From positions 1,116,001 through 1,180,000 of the forward strand of contig NC_043022.1 in assembly GCF_006345805.1 (NCBI RefSeq): a stretch of 64,000 bases of DNA. The letters run 5' to 3'. The DNA is from Octopus sinensis. Taxonomy: Eukaryota. The translations under genes were made by a program, and so were the position numbers. A model generated the notes under the pieces. The model did not search any database, was not told the origin of the DNA, and saw nothing but the letters and a program-made list of their open reading frames with translations. Of this stretch, positions 1 to 10,383 are shown in pieces; position 1 is the stretch's first letter; each line of letters opens with the position of its first letter.

Positions 1-247
1 CACGTAAAAGGCACCAACCAATTGTGGCCGTTGCCAGCCCCCTCTGACTCCTGTGCCGGTGGCACGTAAAAAGCACCCACTACACTCACAGAGTGGTTGG
101 CATTATGAAGGGCATCCAGCTGTAGAAATACTTGCCAGATCAGACTGGAGCCTGGCGCAGCCTCCTGGCTTCCCAGACCCGGTTGAACAGTCCAACCCAT
201 GCTAGCATAGAAAACAGACGTTAAATGATGATGAGGATGATGATGAT
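1..247 (+). mobile_element. RTE-family LINE 3' UTR/tail fragment
   Basis: Same motifs as the 3' end of the RTE copy at 4191-4903 (ggtggcacgtaaaaagcaccc ... ccaacccatgctagcat ... (GAT)n tail). Confidence 0.75.
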
Positions 248-467
248 ATGTAATACATATATATAATATATATATATATATATTATAATATATATAATTT
301 GAAACTGACTTATTGGAAGTCCACTGAAGATTGTCGATCAAGACAAGAAACAATTGTAGTGGCGTTTTTTTTGACTATTTATTAAAATTTTATGTATTGA
401 TTAAGTCTTTCCTTGTTTGTTTTGCAAAATAGTGGTTTTGTCTCTAATAATATTTTATATATATATA

Positions 468-526
<59 letters not shown>

Positions 527-529
527 ATG

Positions 530-665
530 ATGATGATTTGGCAGGGCAGGGTTTTCTATGGCTGGATGCCCTTCCTAATACCAACCACTCTGAGAATGTA
601 ATGGGTGTTTTTGTATGCCACCGGTACAGCTGCCAATTTGCATGACAATGGTATCTGCCACAACT
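530..665 (-). mobile_element. RTE 3' UTR fragment (inverted)
   Basis: ggctggatgcccttcctaataccaaccactc is the reverse complement of the RTE 3' UTR motif. Confidence 0.6.
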
Positions 666-677
666 GCGATTTTGACA

Positions 678-845
678 ACCAATGCTGGTGTGTTTACGTC
701 CCTGTAACTTAGCAGTTCAGCAAAAGAGTTCGACAGAATAAGTACTAGGCTTATAAAAGAATAAGTCCCAGAGTTGATTTGTTTGAATAGAGGCAGTGCT
801 CCAGCATGGCCGCAGTCAAATAAAAAGAAAAAAGAATGAATGAAT
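678..845 (+). mobile_element. SINE-A 3' half
   Basis: Matches the 3' half of 878-1277 (gctggtgtgtttacgtccc ... gctccagcatggccgcagtcaaat). Confidence 0.7.
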
Positions 846-877
846 AAATATTAAATTACAAAATATTTTCTAAACAA

Positions 878-1277
878 CGCAGGAGTGGCTGTGTGGTAAG
901 TAGCTTATTTACCAACCACATGGTTCCGGGTTCAGTCCCACTGTGTGGCACCTTGGGCATGTGTCTTCTACTATAGCCTTGGGCCGACCAAAGCCTTGTG
1001 AGTGGATTTGGTAGACGGAAACTGAAAGAAGCCCGTCGTATATGTGTATGTGTATGTGTATATGTTTGTGTGTCTGTGTTTGTCCCCCTAGCATTGCTTG
1101 ACAACCGATGCTCGTGTGTTTATGTCCCCGTCACTTAGCGGTTCGGCAAAAAGAGACCAATAGAATAAGTACTGGGCTTACAAAGAATAAATCCCGGGGT
1201 CGAGTTGCTCGATTAAAGGCAGTGCTCCAGCATGGCCGCAGTCAAATGACTGAAACAAGTAAAAAACAAAACAAACA
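878..1277 (+). mobile_element. Full-length tRNA-derived SINE (SINE-A)
   Basis: Pol III A-box-like tggctgtgtggtaag, B-box-like ggttcagtccc, conserved body, central (TA/TG)n tract, tail atgactgaaacaagtaaaa. About 20 related copies in the window. Confidence 0.9.
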
Positions 1278-1589
1278 TAAAGTGCTTTTTTTTCTTTCCC
1301 CTTTTTTGCCAATGGTCAATTCCTATTATCTTTGTCCATTGCCAGACCTGGAACTGAGTTGCGCAGCTTCAAGTTATGTCGTGTCCTGCTGTGGTTTGCT
1401 GTTTCTTAATCAATTTACCAATACAAATTTATGATTGATTTTATAACAATGGCATCTCAATTGCGATATTTGTTCTCGAATATATGCAATAATGGTTGTA
1501 GTTATAGAAATAACGGTGACGCTGGCTTTGTTTTGGTAGCTTTAGTTTTGCATCATTATTACTATAGCATCTGAATAGAAACTACTGTG

Positions 1590-1710
1590 ATGTTCACAGC
1601 TGGATTGCCTTTGATCAATGTTAATTTTTATCAGAACTAGCCTGGGGCTCAACAACAACAACGACAACAACAACAACAACGACAACGACAACAACAACAA
1701 CAACCTCAAC
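1590..1710 (+). mobile_element. SINE-D 3' end with (CAA)n tail
   Basis: gctggattgcctttgatca ... agcctggggctc followed by (CAA)n. Similar to 43670-43720 and to the inverted units of the 37020-38290 array. Confidence 0.5.
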
Positions 1711-2200
1711 ATGACTCAAATCCTTTCTGATAATTACTATTATTTTTTCTTTCTTTTGGAGTTTGTTTTCCTCCTGTTTATTTTTCCATCTTCTTCATTT
1801 TATTCCAAAAACAAACATGTCCTACCAACTACTAACTGTCGCATTACATCAGTTTTTTTCAACAAACCCCTTTGTTGCTAGCAAGGGTCACACTGGGTTA
1901 TTCCACCAAAGAATTTTCACTAAAATCAGTTGTTCTACACCGTTGGTTCTCAGCCATTTTTTTTTTACCTATGGGACACTGGACCCCTTTGATTAATATT
2001 TTATTCTGGTGGACCCCCATAACCATTTGGTGTCTAAAAACTAGTTTTATAGGTATTTCTTTCAAAATCCCTATTTTCTTTTCCACCCATTCTCTTGTGT
2101 AGATTTGCAATAAAACTTGCTGCCAGAACACGGTTTGGCAGCCAAAAACAGGGTAAATAAACTATGCAAAATATTAGAGAAAGAAATTCTGTTGTTTCTT

Positions 2201-2610
2201 ATTTCTTTATTGCCCACACGGGGCTAAACATAGAGGGAAGAAACAAGGACAAAGGGATTAAGTCGACTACGTTGATCCCAGTGTGTAACTGGTACTATAT
2301 ATCGACCCCGAAAGGATGAAAGGCAAAGTCGACCACGGCTGAATTTGAACGCAGAACATAACGACTGACAAAATACCTATTTCTTTATTACCCACAAGGG
2401 GCTAAACACAGATAGGACAAACAAGGACAGACAAACGGATTAAGCCGATTATATCGACCCCTGTGCGTAACTGGTACTTAATTTAGCGACCCCGAAAGGA
2501 TGAAAGGCAAAGTCAACCTCGGCGGAACTTGAACTGTGAACGTAACGGCAGAAGAAATACGGCTACGCATTTCGTCCGGTGTGCTAACATTTCTGCCAGC
2601 TCACCGTCTC
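2201..2610 (-). mobile_element. SINE-B1 dimer (one head, two bodies)
   Basis: 24-bp flanking duplication gagaaagaaatt(c/t)tgttgtttctt at 2177-2200 and 2611-2634. Internal junction at 2377/2378. Confidence 0.9.
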
Positions 2611-2777
2611 GAGAAAGAAATTTTGTTGTTTCTTGCAAATGAATATGTCTTAACCAATAGTTCTCAACCATTTTTTAACTCCTGTTCTATTTTTCACCCA
2701 TTCTCTTGTATAGGTTTGCTATAGAACTCTCAGAGAGAACGTGTTTTAGTGGCCAGAAGCATGTTAAACTATGTTAA

Positions 2778-2997
2778 CCTTTTAGTGTTTAAACCGGCCA
2801 TATCTCGCCCAGATATTCTACATGTTTTATATTCAAACTGGCAATATCTAGCCTCTCACACCTACCCAACAATGTCATTCTAAATATAAACAATCACATC
2901 ATTGAAACCTCAAAGCTATAAGATAATGCATGATTAATTCAAAACAATTTGAGTGGAAAAGTATTACATTTAACAGAGTAATCTGAACACTAAAGGG
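2778..2997. mobile_element. piggyBac-like MITE
   Basis: TTAA at 2774-2777 and 2998-3001. TIRs ccttttagtgttta / tgaacactaaaggg. Confidence 0.8.
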
Positions 2998-3354
2998 TTA
3001 AATGTTAGAGAAAGAAATCTTGCTGCTTCTTACAATGAATACATCTAAATCAGTGGTTCTCAACCATTGGACCCCTTTCGTTACCATTCTATTCTGGCAG
3101 ATCTCCAAAGACAGTCAATGTTTAAAAATTAGTCTTATTGACACTTCTTTCAAAATTCCTATTTTCATTTTCCCTCATTCACTTTTATGGGTTTACAATA
3201 GAACTTGTTGAGAGAACCTGTTTTGGTGACGGAAAACATGTTAAACTATGGAAAAATACCAGAAAAAGAAACCTTGTTGTTTCTTCTGATAGATACATCA
3301 GGAGCAAAATATTTTCCATGACCCTTTAAAAAATGCCAATCCATCAGGCGCAAA

Positions 3355-3605
3355 CAGGGGTTCCAGTTGATCTGATCAATGAAACAGCTTGCTCATTAAA
3401 TTACTGTGCATGTGGCTGAATACTCCACAGACACATGTATCCTTAATGTAGTTCACAAAATGTGACAAGGCTGGCCCTTTGAATTACAGGTACAACTCAC
3501 TTTTGCTGGCTGATAGGACTGGAACAATGGGAAATAAAGAGTCTTGCTCAAGGACACAACATGCCTTACAATTAGGAGCTGAATACCCTAACCTCTAAGC
3601 CACAT
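3355..3605 (-). mobile_element. Degenerate tRNA-derived SINE (SINE-C)
   Basis: Minus strand gtggcttagaggttagg ... gtgtccttgagcaagact, similar to 41113-41450. Confidence 0.6.
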
Positions 3606-3656
3606 GCCTTCACCATTCAAATACTGCTGTATGTATGTGTATATATATATGTGTAT

Positions 3657-3985
3657 ATATATATACCACCTGACTTCTATTCTTCAGAAAGTCATGAAGC
3701 CATTCTCCCAATTTTCCAACTATGCCAAGATCACGCAGTTTGTGACATATCATTCCATGATCGACTTTATCAAAGGCCTTTGCAAAGTCGAGATATATGA
3801 CTTCCACATTTGAGTGGTTGAGCAGTTGTTTCAGCACCCAGTCATAGTGTTGTAGGAGCTGAGTTAAGCAGCTTCTTCCTGGTCGGAAAAACCATGTTGG
3901 GTGTCAGGCAGCAAGTCATTTTCTTCAAGGAAGGTGATTATTTCCTTCTGACTATTCGTTCCATGACCTTGCTGATGTGTGAGGT
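3657..3985 (-). pseudogene. CR1/L2-group LINE reverse transcriptase fragment
   Basis: Translates to LLPDTQHGF and VIYLDFAKAFDKVDHGMICHKLRDLGIVGKLGEWLHDFL. Frameshifted and bounded by (TA)n. Confidence 0.8.
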
Positions 3986-4040
3986 TATATATATATATAT
4001 ATATATATATATTACATTTAATATATATATAATATATATA

Positions 4041-4093
<53 letters not shown>

Positions 4094-4107
4094 TTATATA
4101 TATATAC

Positions 4108-4153
<46 letters not shown>

Positions 4154-4190
4154 CATTTATATATATATACATATGCATATATATTATATA

Positions 4191-4903
4191 TGGGACGAGG
4201 TGGTGAAGCACGACCTTCGAACTTTAGGTCTCACTGAGGAAATGACTAGAGACCGAGACCTCTGGAAGTGTGCTGTGCGCGAGAAGACCCGGCAGGACAA
4301 GTGAGTCCACAACCCGTGGCCTTCTACATGGGATGGAGCCAGCCTACGTATGCATACCTTCCCTTCTTGGGACACAAAACTCTACTTGTGAAGACGTGTT
4401 GAGGCAAGTGAGGATCAGAATCGAAATCGATCAATGGAAATTGCGGATGTGCTACCAGTGCCGGTGGCATGTCGAAACTCTGCTTGTGAAGACCCATTGA
4501 GGCAAGTGAGGATCAGAATCGAAATCGATCAATGGAAATTGCAGATGTGTTACCAGTGCCGGTGGCATGTAAGAGAACTTTCCGTTTCGCGACCGTTGCC
4601 AGCACCGCCCCGTTTCGTGTCCGTTGCCAGCCTCGCCTGGCCCTCGTGCCGGTGGCACATAAAAAGCACCATCCGTTCGTGGCCGTTTGCCAGCTCTGTC
4701 TGGCACCAGTGCGGGTGGCACGTAAAAAGCACCCACTACACTCACGGAGTGGTTGGCGTTAGGAAGGGCATCCAGCCGTTAGAAACACTGCCAGATTTGA
4801 CTGGGCCTGATGAAGCCTTCTGGCTTCACAGACCCCAGTAGAAACGTCCAACCCATGCTAGCATGGAAAACGGACGCTAATGATGGATGAGATGATGATG
4901 ATA
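4191..4903 (+). mobile_element. 5'-truncated RTE LINE (ORF2 C-terminus plus about 600-bp 3' UTR)
   Basis: [37 protein letters not shown] (stop at 4304), 3' UTR with a 98-bp internal duplication, (GAT)n tail. Confidence 0.85.
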
Positions 4904-5319
4904 TATATATATATACATATACATACATAATATATATATATATATATATATATTATTTATATAAAACAGACGAAGGAAGCAGGAATGGATTTGGTACAAA
5001 TTGTTATTATAAACAAAACACTGCAGAATTCCTGACATAGATCCGGTGAAATTATATTGTAGCTGTGGATGACATCAAATAGCCCAAACAGTGAAAGTGC
5101 TTTGATTAACATACTACTAGACATGTACCCAAAGTTCAAGTAATCACTTATTTATATATATATATATGTATTTTTAATTTTGTATTTTTATCTTGTATTT
5201 TATTGTGCAGTTTTTTGTTACGTCCCTTTTTGTGTTACATTTTTTTCTGTGCTTGTTTTACCCCTTTGCGAAGTTATTTTATTTTAATTCTCTCGCAGGA
5301 AGGCCTAGTATTGACCAGT

Positions 5320-5405
5320 CGTGTCCTGTCATCCCTTCGAAACACGCTATGTCTGCTAGTGACAGCTGATGAAGGGGATTTTTCCTTGTGTAGCGTGTCC
5401 TGTAC
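5320..5405 (+). ncRNA. Hammerhead-ribozyme-like motif with permuted strand order
   Basis: GAAAC 5339-5343, CTGATGA 5366-5372, GTC 5397-5399. Complementary helices of 8, 7 and 4-6 bp. Confidence 0.5.
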
Positions 5406-6072
5406 CTTGTTTTTCTGTTGTAAATAATGTTTTTCCTGTTTTCGTTCTCGTCCTGTTCCACGTCTCAGTCTTTCTGTTGTAACAAAATGGCTTTTCCGTT
5501 TTCGTTTCTGTTGAGTTTTACGTCTTTTTGTGGTGTCCTGTACGTATATATATTTATATATGCATGTATATATACATGTAGATGTCGGTACGTACATATA
5601 TATTTGTATGTATGCATATATTTTGTTTATTACACTATATATATATATATATATATAAATAAATATAAGATCCAGTGATCAAGGTGGAGGAAGAAAATTA
5701 GCTTCAAGCAATCCGTAGTAAATAAAAAAAAAAACAACTTTCAAGGACATTACCAGTTTATTGAGACAGAAGGTTGTGGGGTTTTTGTCATATCAAGAAT
5801 GATAAACTAAAAAAAAATCTCTTTTTATATTTCACAGTAGGCGTCCAGGGTTGCCAGGTGTGCAAATAAGAATACAAGAGTTACAGAATGGAGCAGATAA
5901 AATCCAGGCTGCCCATGTTTCATAGAGAACAGAATCTCAGAAGTGGTAAATAACCAAATGAAGTGTTTATACCGCTGGCTACACTTGAAGCCAAGGCTAT
6001 CTTGATTAAATGAAAGACTACATTGTCACAAGGAGGTACATGTTAATACATGGAAGATTCAATCAAAATGTG

Positions 6073-6109
<37 letters not shown>

Positions 6110-6120
6110 ATATATATATA

Positions 6121-6515
6121 GGCACAGGAGTGGCTGTGTGGTAAGTAGCTTGCTAACCAACCTCATGGTTCCGGGTTCAGTCCCACTGCATGGCATCTTG
6201 GGCAAGTGTCTTCTGCTATAGCCCCGGGCCGACCAATGCCTTGTGAGTGGATTTGGTAGACGGAAACTGAAAGAAGCCTGTCGTATATATGTATACATAT
6301 ATATAAATGTTTGTGTGTCTGTGTTTGTCCTCCTAGCATTGATTGACAACTGATGCTGGTGTGTTTACGTCCCCGTCACTTAGCGGTTCGGCAAAAAGAG
6401 GCCGATAGAATAAGTACTGGGCTTACAAAGAATAAGTCCCGGGGTCGATTTGCTCGACTAAAGGCGGTGCTCCAGCATGGCTGCAGTCAAATGACTGAAA
6501 CAAGTAAAAGAGTAA
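6121..6515 (+). mobile_element. SINE-A full length
   Basis: High similarity to 878-1277. Confidence 0.9.
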
Positions 6516-6814
6516 TATATATATATATAGTCTTATGTTTGTGACTGTGTCTTTTATTAACGCAGCCTGTATAGACCAGTTGAATGATGTAATCTCAACT
6601 ATTTGTAACAACTGTTTGTATTTAGACAAACACTCCAATTGTGCCAGCTACTGAACAGAAAAAAATTCTTCAAATGCTGAAAGATGGAAGGAAGGAATTT
6701 CTGAGAGAAAACTGAATAAATGACAAACAAACAGCATTTTGCTATATTTTTCTAACATTTTAATTAAAGTTTCTATATTTTTCAGAAAGCTGTTTCATTC
6801 TTTTGCTTGTTTCT

Positions 6815-6828
6815 GTCTGTTTGTTTGC

Positions 6829-6889
<61 letters not shown>

Positions 6890-7014
6890 AGTCTTTATCT
6901 ATTATCTGACTACTTCTCTATCATCTACCTTGCAATCTGTCTGTCTGTCTGTCTACCTGCCTGCCTGTCTACCTGTCAGTCAGTCTATCTATCTACTATC
7001 TATCTATATTTGTA

Positions 7015-7047
<33 letters not shown>

Positions 7048-7230
7048 GTCTATCTGTCTATCTATCTGTCTATCTATCTGTCTGTCTACCTGCCTGCCTC
7101 TCTACCTGTCAATCTATCTATCTATCTATCTATATCTATATATATAAATATATATATATATATATTTATATATGTGTGTGTGTGAGTGTGTGAGTGTGTG
7201 TGTGAGTGTGTGAGTGTGTGTGTGTCTATC
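6815..7230. repeat. Compound (CTGT)n/(CTAT)n/(TA)n/(GT)n microsatellite
   Basis: Direct inspection. Confidence 0.95.
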
Positions 7231-7244
7231 TATGTACAGCGCTA

Positions 7245-8040
7245 GTCTCAGAGAGTTGGTAAAAAAGGATTCATTTCTTTATATTTTCCAGTGTGTCCCT
7301 TATAATGAAAATATCATCCAAATGCCCGGCATCTGATGTAATAAATATATCTCTTGGTCCCACATTTTCTGCTGTCGCCACATAAAAAGCAGCATAAGTA
7401 AGACCCTCAGGGAGAGCCCATGGTTACGCCATCCACATCACAATTCTGTATGTAATTCCCCTTCTGGACACTGAGAGACTATTTCATTCGTACAAGACAG
7501 TAATGTCTTCCATTATGATAACTGGTGATGTGGGTGGTATTTGTTCCTGGTATTTTGTAGATATGTATTTAATATAGGTTTGTAATGGATGGCAAGGTTT
7601 CCGATATTGGAAGAATATCGCCTTCTTCCATTTTATCTCTTTTTGTTCTTTGTGTAGATCAGGCTTCTGCAGGCGAAGAGAGAAGACTCCAAGTACAAAT
7701 GCAATTTACAACTGGTTTATTTACAGGTTTCACAGGACAGGTGAAGTGTGCTGCTCTCAGCAACCATCTTTAGCCGTGTGCGTTGTGTAGTAGCTTTGTT
7801 AGTGCGGGCACATGGCCTCTGGAGGTACAACATACAGACAGGCCCAGCCAATGGAGTGCGCTCAGCAAGCGCTGCTGCTAAGAGGCGGAAACGAGAGGCA
7901 GCAAAAGAGACCAAGAATCTCAATCTGTTTTGCCCTTATATACAGTTTGCCATCACAAGCCTGGTCGTGATCTCACACCTGGCAAATGGATGCAGGTGAG
8001 GTCTCGCTCCAGTCTTGGAGATAGCAATGGCTGTCGCGAG
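7245..8040 (-). pseudogene. Decayed Penelope-like reverse transcriptase
   Basis: Minus strand gives VDGVTMGSP (about 7418-7444) and LDDIFII (about 7303-7323), typical of PLE RT. Multiple stops and frameshifts. The 5' boundary is uncertain. Confidence 0.6.
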
Positions 8041-8502
8041 ATCTCATGTATTTGTAGGCATGTGTGTGTGTGTGAATACACATACATACATACATGCATA
8101 TATCCATGCATTGATACATAAATAGAATATATACATACACACACACACACATAAATTTACACATGCATGTTCACACACAAACACATATATACATAGAAAC
8201 AATGAAAAAGAAGAAGAGAGAGGAGAGAGGGTGTGAGAGACACTTGTTGCTGTCCATGAAAATTGTTTAAGATACTGGACATTTCTCACAGACAGAAAAC
8301 CTCATTACATAATCCAGCCAGCAATGTTCTTTTTGCCATGTCCGTGTCACACGTGAATAAAATCCAGTGACCCAGTCTTCAGTGACGTGGCAAAACTATT
8401 TATAACCTTCATCTTGTCTTTTCTCTACATTCAAACTTCCTTTTTTTTCTCAAGTGTAGAGAGTGTTATATTGTTTCCATATTATTATTATTATTATTAT
8501 TA

Positions 8503-8736
8503 AGTTGGTGAGCTGGCAGAGTCATTAGCACGCTGGGCAAAATGCTTACCAGTATTTCGTCTGTCTTTATGTCCTGAGTTCAAATTCTGCCATGGCTGAC
8601 TTTGCCTTTCATCTTTTCGGGGTCAATAAATTAAGTACCAGGGAAACACTGAGGTCAATGTAATTAACTAGTCCCCTCCACCAAAATTTCAGGCCTTGTG
8701 CCTTTAGTAGAAATGATTATTATTATTATTATTATT
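8503..8736 (+). mobile_element. SINE-B2 (tail aaaatttcaggccttgtgcc...(ATT)n)
   Basis: Head ggtgagctggcag ... gagttcaaattc, body shared with SINE-B1, different tail. Confidence 0.85.
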
Positions 8737-9221
8737 GCGTAAGAGAGCTGTGGATGCCATCAAAGTGATACTAGGGTACAAATGTACAAAGCCCAGTATA
8801 CCCATCATGACTACCCGTCTGATAAGGGTACACCAGGCACATGCATCACAACCATATGTGTATGACATGGTGATCCCATATCAAGATAAACAACGCATGA
8901 TCTTGTAGGTGGGGCCCAGTTAGAATTTTCTTCTGGTTGAGTAGCCCATTCTGCTCAAAACATCCCTGAATAAGGGTTGTTTAAGGATGTTGAACAAAAC
9001 ACCCATGTTTCCATAAGTGAATTATCCAAACCCCAAAGAATTCCTCTCACCATAGCTATGATGCTCCCCCACTACTTCTACTCATGATCAGAGATGCACA
9101 TATCGTCAGCCACTAAGGGACATGCTCAACTGGTTAAGATCAAACAACTGACAAGCAAATCTGTGGTATTGAGCAGGATATTTGCTGTAGCCTATATTTT
9201 ATACCAAGACAAAACAACGCA

Positions 9222-9222
<1 letters not shown>
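8737..9222 (-). mobile_element. (AAT)n-embedded element, copy 1
   Basis: Reverse complement of 31746-32290, flanked on both sides by (ATT)n. Confidence 0.8.
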
Positions 9223-9257
<35 letters not shown>

Positions 9258-9360
9258 CATTATTATTATTACTATTATTATTATCGTTATTATTATTATT
9301 ATTATTATTATTGTTATTATTATTATTATCGTTATTATTATTATTATTATTATTATTACC

Positions 9361-9404
<44 letters not shown>

Positions 9405-9410
9405 CATTAT
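9223..9410. repeat. (ATT)n microsatellite
   Basis: Direct inspection. Confidence 0.95.
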
Positions 9411-9447
9411 TAAGGCAGTGAGCTGGAGAATTGTTAGCATGCTGGTT

Positions 9448-9584
9448 TGAGGCTTTGTGTACGCTCTGTGATGGATGCAAAAAGCCTCAAACCTTTTCTT
9501 ACCATTGTCAAAGACTCTATCACTTGATTGGAATGCAATTATGTAAACCAATTTTTGACACCACAGAGGATACACAAAGCCTCA
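9448..9584. mobile_element. Small inverted-repeat element (MITE-like)
   Basis: tgaggctttgtgtacgctctgtgatg (9448-9473) is an imperfect inverted repeat of caccacagaggatacacaaagcctca (9559-9584). No clear TSD. Confidence 0.4.
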
Positions 9585-9662
9585 CACTTAACATTTGAAA
9601 ATCTTTTTAAATAAGTGAAACCAGTTAAGTTAATAAAGACTCATGCATTTTCAGATTCTTTT

Positions 9663-9710
<48 letters not shown>

Positions 9711-9875
9711 ATTGGTGAATTGAAGAAATGGAGCTGAACGCAGATTGAACAGAAATCGTTCAGAAATCACTGCTGTGATTTTTGCTACTAAGGTATCGGT
9801 TAAACTTTTGATTAATCTACTACAAGATTATTCATCTTTCTATTTCACATAATATATATATATATATATATATAG

Positions 9876-10062
9876 TTAATCCAAACATGAAAACACAACG
9901 CGAGGACATGGAACAAGTATAGTATTATTGGACGCTCAGGAAAAGAAGGAAAGAAGGAGGGTTTAATGTTTCGAGCGGAGCTCTTCGTTAGAAACATAGG
10001 AAAAGGAAAGATCCAAAGAAGGGAAGACGGAGGAAAAAAATCGCCAACGATACACACGCGGT
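9876..10062 (-). mobile_element. Penelope pLTR-like repeat with minimal hammerhead motif
   Basis: Minus strand gttt-CTAACGA-a-gagc-tcc-gctc-GAAACATT-aaac. A close copy lies at 34800-34980. Confidence 0.65.
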
Positions 10063-10065
10063 CAC

Positions 10066-10300
10066 ATGCTGGTCGCACTTAAAAGGCACCAACCGATCAT
10101 GGCTGTTGCCATCCTCCCCTGACCCCTGTGCAGGTGGCATGTAAAAAGCACCCACTACACTCACGGAGTGGTTGGCGTTAGGAAGAGAAAGAGATTGCCA
10201 GATCAGTCGGGAGCCTGGTGCAGCCTCCTGGCTTCCCAGACCCCGGTCGAACCGTCCAACTCATGCTTAGCATGGAAAACGGATGCTAAATGATGATGAT
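10066..10300 (+). mobile_element. RTE 3' tail fragment
   Basis: Matches 1-247. Confidence 0.75.
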
Positions 10301-10335
10301 CATATATACAGACACACATATATATATGTATGTGC

Positions 10336-10383
<48 letters not shown>

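Larger units (their letters stand above)
1940..3300. repeat. Degenerate tandem repeat with hAT-like end motif, carrying two nested insertions
   Basis: Recurring ggttctcaacca ... ccattctcttgt ... ttaaactatg ... gagaaagaaat.ttg.tg.ttctt blocks at about 1940, 2640 and 3050. Confidence 0.55.

Noticed and set aside
878-950. tRNA gene calls at SINE heads
   Set aside because: A/B-box-like motifs run straight into SINE bodies, and no full cloverleaf or acceptor stem is evident.
856-1434. Recurrent ORFs such as MSSNARGTNTDTQT..., MLGGQTQTHKH... and MLVCLCPRHLAVRQKE...
   Set aside because: They are chance frames through SINE-A and reappear at every copy with scattered stops.
4955-5150. Possible Penelope ORF end upstream of the 5320 motif (SESALINILLDMYPKFK*)
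   Set aside because: Too short and decayed to assign.
6803-7193. LSIY/YIYI/HTHT-type ORFs here and at 10932-11432, 17406-17732, 23966-24445, 28289-28802 and 57324-58142
   Set aside because: Translations of di- and tetranucleotide microsatellites.
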